NCBI GenBank assembly: GCA_002633005.1
Contig: NMRA01000270.1
Location: 146,345 to 210,344, forward strand
Source of the DNA: Phoronis australis
Lineage: Eukaryota; Animalia; Phoronida
Direction: 5' to 3'
DNA length: 64,000 nucleotides
Part shown: positions 40,201 through 52,200 of the stretch, one piece after another
Numbering within the stretch: the first letter of the stretch is position 1
Layout of the letters: every line of letters starts with the position of its first letter
Made by a program: the position numbers and the translations under genes
The notes under the pieces: model-generated
What the model saw: only the letters and a program-made list of their open reading frames with translations
Told to the model about the DNA's origin: nothing
The model's database searches: none

Positions 40201-43200
40201 AGACATCGATGTGGCGATTTATGTTACAAAGAAAATTTGCCAATAAACCATTTGGTTTTTCTTATCAAAAAGACCTCCTTTACAATGAATGAAACCAACT
40301 AAAGTCTACCAAAACGACAAGAAGATTCTGCCAGTCTTACACGAGGCATAACTGTTGGTCACGTCACGTGATATTTAGTATGACTGAAAAGATCTCTGTC
40401 CCGACAGGGGCTCCACCCCGGGACTTTGGGCTAAGCGTGCATCGGTTTTCTTATTCAAAACAATTAAATGTTGGATAATGGAACCTACGTGTTTTGTCTA
40501 AGACCTACAAAGTATGTAGGTCTCTGAGACATACACTGACGTTCGATGCAACGCCGTTTTCCTCACAGTGACTTCCACCGAACTAATGATCTAAGTCTGT
40601 GGCATAACAAACACGTGCATTTTTGTCTACGCTATCAGATACTAAATGATTTGTCTTACTTACAGGGTGTCCTGTGTCTAGATCGGGCTCAAATTTAGTC
40701 ACCAAATGGTTGCAATTATCCAGTTCGGAAATGTGCTTCGGAAACCAAAAGTCTGAAATTTGAAGATGCAGTTTTTTAGTACCTTTAGATGTTGCAAAGG
40801 ACAATAATATTTTACAGGCAAACGCATTCAAAATTTTAGTCCCATTGGAACTATGTTTTAAGTATTTCTTTGTGCTCTGTAAAACCAATTTATCTATTTT
40901 GGGTTATATTCCACACTGCCATGCTCGTGAACAAAAACTAATTGCTTTTTTAGAAAACATTTAACGAAGAACTGCGATTGCGAGTGGCTATGATTTAAAT
41001 TTACAAGAGTTACACTCTATAGTTGAAAATTCATTTAAAGCGTCCAGCTTGGTCATGGTGTCGTACCTTTAACTTGTTCTTTCTCTTTCAGTATCCTGAC
41101 ATTCATGATATTGGAGCCCTGGCGAAGAGCCTTTACCAATGTGACCACGTGATCTCGTGTACTTTCCCCTACCACTATGACGTCTAGATGCGCTCCAATC
41201 ACGTTCGACTTTCGCGATTCAATGTGCTGGATATTAAAGTGGGAATTCTGCAAGGAAAGGGCGAATAATTGAAATCTGACGTAGTCTTCTAAAGATTAAA
41301 GCTGTAGTGAGCTCTGTTTCGGTAATATGACTTGTTACTTTTGGATATCCAGCGGCCTCATTCCGGCCTCTAGCGCGCAGAAGGCTTCGTGCAATGAGTC
41401 GAAAATGTACAGTCAAATTTCTGACTATATTCAGAAAGTCACGTGAGCTGACTACCCTGATAGATGTCCTTACTTTCGCATTTAAAAGAGGCAGTAGAGA
41501 AAACATAAAACACCATTTATTTGTTATTTCGTAACTATTCTGTACATAATGAATTATAACCAATAAAATTCCAGTGTACAGTCTGTAGGATAAGGTTCGT
41601 ATCAGTGCTGCCAACGTAACACAAACGAAGAGAGCTTATAAAAGTGTTGCCATATTGTAACTGAGCGGGTACCAACGCGAAATTAACATAAAAATACGAC
41701 ATTGATGGTTGAACCAATCTGTGCCCGTTCTGGACCGAGGTCCCGTGAGCTTTTCATCAGAGTGAAAAACATAATAGCCTGGTTAGTTGCGGACCTCCTG
41801 GAACAGGAGTGGACTTACACACGGGTGTCTTGACGTCTGTCATTGGGCATTGATCCATCACCTGTAGGAGATCTATACATGGAGTATACCCGATAACCCT
41901 GAACGTCGTGCAAAGCTTTGTGTCATTACCGCACTCTCTGAGCCTTCCTGAAGACTACAAGTCGCCAGAAAGAGAACTGAAGTTGGTTTTAAAGTGTGTT
42001 CAGAAAGGTAACTAGGCGGTTGGCCCTCGGGTGAAAGTGTCGCCCATTGATTACGTTCGGCATGATGCCATATTTTCATAGGTCTTTAGATGTCGCAAGT
42101 ACACCACCTGACGTCATTATAACACATAAAATACCGTTTCTAAGTAAAATCGGCAGTGTTCAAACTCATGTAGCCCGAGTAGTCAACATTTAATACAGAA
42201 GCAAATCGATTAGCAAATGCAAACAAGTCGTTTGGTCATTTCCGGTGGCAAATGTTCGCGTATGACCTCATGGCTGCAGGGGGTCTACTGGTACCCGGAT
42301 GTCCCGATATCTGCAGCAGAAGACTGTCTGCAGCAGGAGACAACTGAGGAGGAAAAGCTAAAATGTCACTTAACAAGGCGAGTTACGCAGTCATTTTATA
42401 GTCCATTAGTCAATCGATCTCGGTCGGAAGTTTAAGTTGTGGCTTGCGCTTTTAACAACTGGTTAAATTTCATATCAGATCGTTAATGACATAATTGGGT
42501 CCTATAAAAGTTGTATGTCTGTCGGAAGGTTAGTTTAGACGCCACAAGAGAATACTGCTCTGCAAAAATTAAACCCATGACAGAAAAACGATCTTTGCAA
42601 TGGCAGGGAAGAAAGTTTTGCCACGAAGTTCATGCTTGCTATTAAGCAATACACTACACTATTTTCCACAATCTTTTTTGTTTTAACTCTAGGTTTCAAA
42701 AATAGAAAACGAATGCTTTTGTCAAGTATTATCATTTTGCTCCAAGCGTTTTGTGAGTAGAAATTTAAATGTAGTGTATTCCACACAAGAAAGAAAAGTA
42801 TTCGTATGTTACTTAGATGAGTATGGTGTTCATACGTTCATCTTCCAATTTATAGAGTTAAAATTGTATTTCGCTTTGTTGACTAAAATGGGAAAAGCTA
42901 ATTAGGTTTAATAAAATTCCTTACCATAATAGGGTGCCATTTGCCATTTCCATTACCACCAAGAACACTAAAACGATGAGCGACTCGATAAAAGGCGCCA
43001 GAGTTTATTGAGGTTGGCCAACCTTAAAATTGCGAATTTTCAAATGGCGCGTGAATACATTGCTTGTGACTCGAGTAGCTAACAGATATGGAACCCCATC
43101 ACAGTAAAGAACATTATGAGGCTAGTTTTGTGAAAGCACGCCCCTTGTTCAAGTTTAGGTTTTTAGTCAGTTAAACAGGGCAAAATACAGGTTTAAGCTG

Positions 43201-46200
43201 CGTTTTGAGCCTAGATATCACGAGATTGGTTGTCAATTCAGATTTCCTATTTTACAAGAAGAAAAACTAGAGACGTGTCAAAGATGCGGTTCGGCTGTTG
43301 TTACAACGAAGTGATTCTTGTTTTTGGAAATTGTGGTTTTCATGGTAATATTTCATTAGATATACAGATAATTTACGTTTACAATAAATTTTTAACGTTG
43401 CTGAAGCCTTGTTTTATTCAACCAGTTTCGTTTATTTGGCAACGAAATTCGACAAGATTTCCCGAGTTTACCCAAAGTGTTGATTTTTCCTCTAACACGA
43501 AAAGGTCATTGGAATTTGATTGGCATTGTTTCCTACTTACCGTTAACATTTTCTTCGATTACTGTTACATATTGCAAGAAAACACGGCATGGGGTATTTT
43601 TCACCCACATCGGTGTATAGCATAAAAATCGGTATAAACAGAATTTTAACCGTCAAGCATAATCATCTCATGAAACATTGTCCGATTGGGATGTTCAACT
43701 GAGAACATTTTTCCAAGACATGCTGCCAGTTCATCGACAGCTCCAAGTAAATGTCGGTTTCTTTCATAAGTTATCATTTTTGTAATAATTGATTTATTAA
43801 TAATATTACGTAGCATCATTTCTAAAATCTCTTAATCCGAGCCTCGTTGTCGTAAGAGTCCTCATGGAGATTATATACCAGTAAGGTTTCTTTTGGAAAT
43901 CCCCGCCTTCAGCTTGTTCACTAGTACCCAACTTTCGACGGGTTCGCTCTCGTACATATTCTTACAAATCAAAACGCTTGTTTGACGAGTTGAACTATTA
44001 AATCAATAACATAAACACGTTCATTTATGGTTCCCTGAGAACATAAGCCACACTGTTAAATTATTGATGCCATTCTAAATGATAACATTTCATGTTTATT
44101 ATTTTTTAGTCAGAGACGGTTTCCGCATAATCTCAATTTACCTCGTAGCTGAAGTTGAAATAGAAAAAAACGACCGTTCTGACATAAAAGCTTTCTTACA
44201 TAAAAGCTTTCTTTGCCAAGACGAAAGTAATGCTTGTCACTTCGTATGTCAAATGTGTTATTTTTGTGTCTGCATGTCCAGTCAACAGTATATCACAGGC
44301 GTTGCTAGGCTGTCTATTCGTATTGCGTTAGTAAGAAATCGGTACGGCATAAGCACCACTTATGAATAGAAAGAGTAATTATACAAAATGGTAATCGTGT
44401 TAAGTTATCATGGACGCCCAAAAAGGAAACGTGTAGTTGAACATGACATAGGCAATGAAAACATTTCGAAAGTCATTTATTTATCGCCCAAGTACTGAAA
44501 ATGTTAGATTTGAATATCCATAACAGCCTAGTCTCAACGTTGATCTGGTGAAAAAATACTTAAGCAGAATTTCCAATATCAGATAGAGAAAAGACATTTT
44601 GAATTTGAATAAAAAAATTCAGGATTTTATGCTTGAAGTTTTTAATTCACATATAAACAATATGTAAATTCAACTAGACTACAAGACATGCACCATTTTG
44701 GGACACTGACCTCAAAAGTTTTCAATGGGCGAGCCAACGACGAGCTACTCTCCTTCAATGTAAACGATAGGCACACTTGTTTTGGTATTGCTGAATCCGC
44801 CTCTGTCGGAAGAGAGCCTGGTACAGCGCCGTTAGTCTCAGGTGGAAACACTTCCTCGTCCGAATCGGCATGACTCAGTCGTCTCTCCTGCTTTTCAAAC
44901 TCGGCGTTTGTGACGGTGTCAAATTTGGCATCCTCAATCAAAGACCTACGCTTCCACGAGCCTCCGTGCTGCAAACAGAATAGAATCTCGACATCTTCGA
45001 AAAACTTATAGTAAAAGAATAAAGACCGTCAGTAGTACATGTATACATTGATGTTTATTTTTTATAATTGCAACTGGCTGGATTCGCCGAATGCAATTTG
45101 ATCAATTAGACTATTCATTGAGCTAACTGCAAGACTAACAACCTGAAGTTAACTGCAAAAAACTAAGATAAATAAATACCACAATACTAACACTACTACT
45201 ACCATATATGGTCATACATGTATAAACAAGGCATGATTGCATTTTATCAATTCTCCTTACGTTCTTGAGAAGACAAGAAGTGTAATGTACCAAAAACTTT
45301 TAGAGCTAAAGCGGAATAATTCAAATTTGTTTTTCAGTGTATATGGAATTAAATGTAAAAGTTAAAGAATGTCATTGCCGTAAATTCATGCTCATATGTT
45401 CCTAGTCGGGGCTGTCTGACGATTTGACGTGCTTCGTTGCCCCACCTACATAGTTTGGAAAATAGGGGGCAAGAACGAACGATTTGGATGCACTGTGTTT
45501 CATGTGTTACAAGTTGAAAACTATTTAGCAACATAAGAATATTCTTTTACATTTTACATGCCAGATTCAACCGTCTCCTCTACAGAAACTCTACTGAAAT
45601 ACAGAAACAACTTTTGGAAATTATACCTGGGACTAATACAACACTGGGCACAAGCTTATAAAAAAGTTACTCATTCCAAAATACAGCGAGTAACATCGAA
45701 TAAAGCATGCACGTATACTCACTGAGTTATAATTAAAACATGCCATAACTCTGGAGATAATTTAGTCAACATAAGTTTATCGCGGAGCTTGCCTCATCGA
45801 GCACCTGCTGGCGAATAAATAGTCCAAGGATCACAAATCCACCGGATATCTTCCCATGTTACTTTTTGGAAGTGTCACGCGCGCGTCAGGTCAAACTCTA
45901 AGCTCAGTCACACGCTTCGCTCGATCTCGCGCTTTTCCTTGCCAACTCGCGTGACGTCAGTTGAAATACTTTGTGGTTATCGCGCGGTGAAAAAGTTAGC
46001 GGCAACCAAAATAGTAAAATTGGAATTCTTCACCAAAGTCACCTCAATTCCCGTAGACTATGATGCTGTAGAACTAGAAAGGATCGTTGAAGAAAGTAAA
46101 CGCATTTTAAGTAGCAGTTTTAAGTATAAGCTGTATTTTGACGAGGTGAAAAACCTCTTATTCAGTGAGCTGGTGTGGCCTAGGCTTACTGTCTGGTTTA

Positions 46201-49200
46201 GAATACACGGGGCGAAATATTAACACAGAAACCGATGAGTAGTGCTGTAGACCCTGTATAGACAGCCGAGGGTGTGGGTGTGGCCTAACCTATGGGCAGT
46301 GTTGAGGCACCTCTCCAGCCAGCCGAGAGGTTACGTGTTGGTAACCCCGATGGGCAGTGTTGAAGGCCCTCTCTAGCCAGCCGAAGGGCTACGTGTTACC
46401 TAATAAAACACCCGCATAGCTCCTGTTATCACTGTCAGCTAAATGTTTGTAATCTAGAGACCAGTTGTGGGATTAGTGAATAAGGACAGATTTTTGAAAA
46501 TCGCTGTATTTCTATTCCTTCTCATATTGGTTCCTTTATGTATAACTTTCTGCAATTTGACGCATGCGCACACGGGAACTACTGCGGTGTGCAGGGATAC
46601 CTCAGTCACGATGAAAGTCCAAAAACAATAAACCCTGCACCGCTTTCTGGGAGTACAAATAGATCATTTAATTGCTAAGGGATTTTTAACATTAAAATAA
46701 GTCCTGGTAAATCCTACACCACCAACTTTCACTCGGCATCTCCATTCCTGTATTAGACACTCAAGGAATTTTGTCGCAAGAGTACGCGCGTATTTGTAAT
46801 ATCGCATGACGTGAAGGGCACTTGCAAAGTTATTTACCTGAAAATGTCAATAATTATGACTATGGTCGTTGTTTAAATGACATTTTATTGCTCCAATATA
46901 TATGCAACATTAGTTACGAAGTGCATTCATTATTTATAGGGCATAAAGAATTGCTTAGACACGTGTCACGTCGGTGGGAATCTGGAGTTAACAATGAACT
47001 TTCTCCACTGCGCCAGAGTTAAGTAGTAAATTGTTGTCGCCATAATCAATGTTTAATATACAATAATTATAAAATGATGATCGCCACTTTGGGCTTTAAG
47101 TGTTCATTAAAATTATGCAATATTTCTAGAGAGAAAACATTAGATTAGGACACCAAAGTATCAAATTGTGAAGTTTACAAAATACGTTTCCGAAAATTAT
47201 TGTATGTGCCCCTGCATATGCGCCTATATGTAGGTCTAAATAAATGTTACCAGGCCCTTCATAAATAATTTCTTCCAAACGCTGCATGTTGAGACAAAAT
47301 GCTGGAGTCCGCAAACTCATTACAGCAACAACATCTATGCTGTGAGTTGCTGTAATGAAATTTGTGAGCATCGGAAACTAGGAATTGACAGTTTATCTCC
47401 AAAAGTACACATTTGCTTGAGACAGTTAGTTGACCGCGCCTCTAACATGAGAAAAACTCGCCTGGTTTCTAGCTACAGCTCTCCATGCGCGCACCCAACA
47501 TGGGGGCTCGAATTCCCGACGTTGTGGACGTTTTAGTAATAAAAAAAGCCATCGGACTAAAAAAAAAAAAACCGGGGGCACCACTGTGAATTGCGCCTTT
47601 CTGTTTGCTTAGTGGACTTCTGCCCCCCGAAGCCCCCCTGGGTGCGCGCATGGCTCTCGGACTGCTCTTCTGTTTATAACTTAGAAATTGTCAACATTCC
47701 GACCCCCTGTTATCACTACTAGTAGTAATAGTAAACATTGGAAATTAACACCAAACCTACTATTCTGTACACGTACACGGTATACATGAAGTTTTATAAA
47801 ATACTTTTAAGTAGATTATAAAAAGACTTTTTGTTAAAATATACAAAAACAACACAAAAACAGTGTGTGAGATGACATCGATTTTTTTCTACATCCAGTA
47901 GTTATGATTTTACAAAATAATAAGTCGATGTGAGGGTATTGTATGAGTGCAAGACTTGTAGTAATTTTCATTACAGGCTTTGGTGTTTTATTACAAGCTT
48001 TTCAGTTTTTCATTTGAATGTGTTTACACCACACATTATAGTGACCATGTTTAGCTTACAAACTAAAAATGGTCACTACAATGAATTTAACCGAAGTAAA
48101 CTAATTCTCTATTTTCGTACAAGTATTAAAAGAAACACTCTGAACAAGCTTACTGTACACTTTATATCAAAATGAGACTGAAGCCAACCAACTTAGGTGA
48201 CCTTACAGCTTAGAGATACGCTGATGTCACGATTTGATCATCTATTCTTTTGTCATGGTAAAGTGCAACCTCTAAATCCATTTGACAATTCAGGGCGTTC
48301 CATTGCAACCATCATCATTGTGTTCGGCCCAGACTAAGTTTTGGCTATGCATGTTCTGTCAAACGTTCCACATATGCTTGGTTAACAACATTGAAGTGAT
48401 CAGGTCAAATACACAGCCTAGTCACATGGCCGTTGCTTCAGTTCCTAGAATCCGATTTACAGTAGTCTGTACCCTGCATGTCTCTTTTTATTCTAATTGT
48501 TGTGATAATGTGGGTTGTGACCTACAACCACTTCAGACAGGAACTGAGACTGATTCATAAGTGACAGTGGGAGGGGAAAAGTAGATAGGGAACTCCAGTC
48601 CCAAGACAGCGCCAAAATACCCCTCCAACACATTAAAGCTCCGTCATTGAGAGAAGAGAAAATAGCTATGCATGTACTCAGGGTACCTATAAATAAATGC
48701 TCTTCAATTAAGTTTACTTAACATTAACTGAGTGTGCAATCATTAATTGGTAATTCATTTGTGTTTCGTTAGTGCCTGTTCTAAATCATCCAGTGTATTT
48801 GGTTTATTTTCTGTTGTTAATGGATTGAAGACAACGAAAAGTAAATATAGCTGTAAACAACAGTTTGCCTACCAGTACGTGAAACTCAATTCTTTCTCAA
48901 GGAGATCTTATCACACACAGAGAAGAGGACTACGATGGCAAAAAAGTAACGCAAAATGAGGTCCACGCTATGATGACAGGAAATGGTGGCAAACTCCCAA
49001 AGAATTATGCCGTCTCTCATTAAGTCTTGATAAAATCGCACTTTTGTTTGGATTCTTATAACAGCAAATCAAAGTATCCCCTGGCCTTAAAAGTGGCAGT
49101 CCCAGGTGGACATCTGGTTGTTTCCTACTCTTTTATTTTAGATTGTGTTGCAGAGAACACGTCTAAAATCTGAAAATCTACATTTCTCTGAAAAAAGCTG

Positions 49201-52200
49201 AACTCTGAAGTTTCTGAAGAGCTTTCTATAAATGAAAACAATTTGGCTATGGAATAAGTTCATTTCACTAATAAAATTCACTGAATAGACTAAACAGAAA
49301 GGAAAGGTCAAAATTCTAACAGCTAAACACTTTATCAACTTATGAATAATGAGAACAAAAAATTAATAATTTACAGGCGACATTTAAAAATCTTGTTGTT
49401 GAATACTCCACTCCATGAAACGTGAACAACTCAGATTATTCAAGCGCAAAACTAAGTTCCTCGGTTATTCAGACGTAACGTCATATATAAGTCAGATTCT
49501 TCTGCATTTTCATCAAACTTGTGAATTACCACTATATTATGATTTTGTCATAATTGTTCATTTGTTTAGATTTGTTTTGGTCTAATGGTCTGCCTGTCAT
49601 CGCTCAAAAATCACCCTGTGTTGGTGCCAGGAATCACATGCTACACTGAGGCAAAAGAGACTGACAATGTCTAGAAGTATCTATTTAACGATATGAACAC
49701 AGCTACTAGTATGCACTGTAAACATGTTGGTGGCCATGATTAATAACAGCTGATAGTATAAACAATGAGTGAGGTGGCACTGAACAGTTAGACTGCGGCC
49801 GCGGCCAATTTGCACTGCCAAAATATTAAAATCTAAGGGTAGGCCAGGCTTGGGGGCATTTTTTAGTTAGGTATTGTATGTAGGCCAAGTGAATTTGGTT
49901 TGTTTGTATTTGTGAACATGCTGAGCATTAAAAAAGGCCACTTTCTTGGCTGTAGTTGCACTCTTCTTCAAGATGGTGGCCTGTTGCAGTTGTGCATTGC
50001 TGTGTAGCAACTGAGAAATTGGCCGCGATTTCAGGTAGCCCTCAAACAAGCCAGATTTGCAAAAAATCTAGTTGGTTGACAGTACTTTTGAACCACATTT
50101 TTGGAATCGGTATGAAATTTGCTTTCGGAATCTACTGTTGGCTTTAGTCGAGCATCGGCAGGGAAGTGGTGGTTTTGGGGTGAAAAGTGCCGATTTTGCA
50201 TTTTTTGTCCTTATTTCTTAGTCTAGCTTGGTTTCCACTGGGAGTGAAAGGGTCAAAAATACAAGAGAGAACAAAGTTTCTGTGCTCATCTGTAGGGCTT
50301 GTGATGTGAAATGACTCAAAACTTGTCTTTATTTGCATGCAGTTTTTGACAGAGTGAAGAAAGGGTGAAGAGTCCATTGACGTGTGTTCTGATACGCTGT
50401 TCAGTGCCTCCTGAAACACCAAGCTCATCATGGTACAACGGCGGTGTGACGTCAGCAGCTGAAGAATGTAAGTGAAGGTGCTTGGTCAAGATCTCCATTC
50501 TCAGTGGTCCCGGAACCTGCAGACTCAAGGTGCGACCAATGAATCTGGTCCCTAGGGCCGGACTTTGGTCACTAGGTATTGGGCATTTTCGGATTTTGGT
50601 GCCTGTTGATCCGCAAGTGGACTTAATAAGATTGTAGCTCAGTGGAATCTAAACTGAAGGCGCCGTCATGGAGTTACTTCCACCTCTTCATGCTTACGTT
50701 TTCGACATTGAAATTACAGTATAATGATAGAGCTTGCAAAAATATACTGAGCTTTACGAGAACGCATATAACTATTTTTGACTTCCAGGTTAGTGAGCTA
50801 AACTAAAGCTGACCTTTTATTCACGTTTTAACTACCATGAGAAACATGATGAATAAGCCTGTGCAAATATCAGTCTTCTTGTTGGCCATAAACGGGTCAA
50901 GCAGTTGTCGTCCGTTGATGCACGTTATGGGCGCCAAAAACTAAGAAATGATTAGTCATATCTAAGTAGCTAGGCGTGCAAACGGACGCTTCCGGAAGCA
51001 TCTTACATCCATTGAGAATGTTAAAAAATTGTTTGACGTTTGAAGCTTTTGAATGTTGCATAGTACGAAAAGACATAAAAATTCATCAACGTCTAGAGTA
51101 TAGTGCTCAGTTCTAAAAAGTGGTAATCTGTTTATTTTATGTACTGAGTCTTGAAGACTCCATATATATATTTGGACACGTTATGGTGACTGCACGCCCC
51201 AGAATTCAGCTTACTTTGTGGCTAAGCAGAGCCATCGGACATCAGCAAAGCGTTTTTGTGCACATGGCTTTCTAGAGAACATTTGTCTTGTATATACGTA
51301 TATCTATCATTTTAGATCATGTAACACTAAACCGCCACCCTTTTCGTTAACTTCCAATCTCCGCTTCAAATCTGGAAATAGATTTTACAACGCACTTCGT
51401 ATCCTGGAGCGGATCCAAGATTTTGAATTGGGGGGGCAGGGCAGAGTACTAAGCCAGGATTTTACCCGTCAGACATCTGCACTCCCGAATTGCCAAATGG
51501 AATCTGGGAGAATTCCAGGGGCAGGGGCGTGGCCCCCTTGTCCCCCCTCTAAATCCTGGTATCATTCGGGACATATGTCGAATATAAATAATGATATTGC
51601 ATTGAAAACAAATGATTAGAAATACGTAGTGCTATTAACCTCTGTCCATCACGGGCATGTTCACGATGAGGCAATTTTGGAGCGATGGCTCAATCTCACG
51701 TCGACAGATCGATCAAACCTGGTTCTCAGGTCAAAGGAAAGAGGTGGAAAGGTGCAATGAGGACTTAAAAGCAGGTGGGTGAGCTAAGGGGGAGGGTGCT
51801 TGCTGACGATAACGGTATTTTTGGTGGCAGTATAGGGAAGGCCTGTGACGCAGCCATAGCAAGTTGGCAAAAATCGGGAAGGCGTAGATACGAAAAATGG
51901 TGGTCGAGGAAGAAGACCCAATTTTCGATTAATCCTTTGGATAGCGAGCTCAGTAGCAGAAACAATTTCTTGATGTATAATTGCGTTAAATTACAGCGTA
52001 TGTTCGACGTATTTTTAATGAATAAATACTTGTCAATAATAATCCATAAGTCAACTAACTTGTAACTTAAGGGCCACACGAATCAGTGGCCCACTTTGAC
52101 CCCACACGGGCCCTGTAACGATGGAGAATGAAAACTGTGGCAACCGGAAGCAGCTCAAATGAACAGAGTTCTAGCGGCCCTTGGAACTAAACCTTAATCT

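Noticed and set aside
46263-46402. CRISPR-like repeats
   Set aside because: Eukaryotic context; whole units repeat with no unique spacers.
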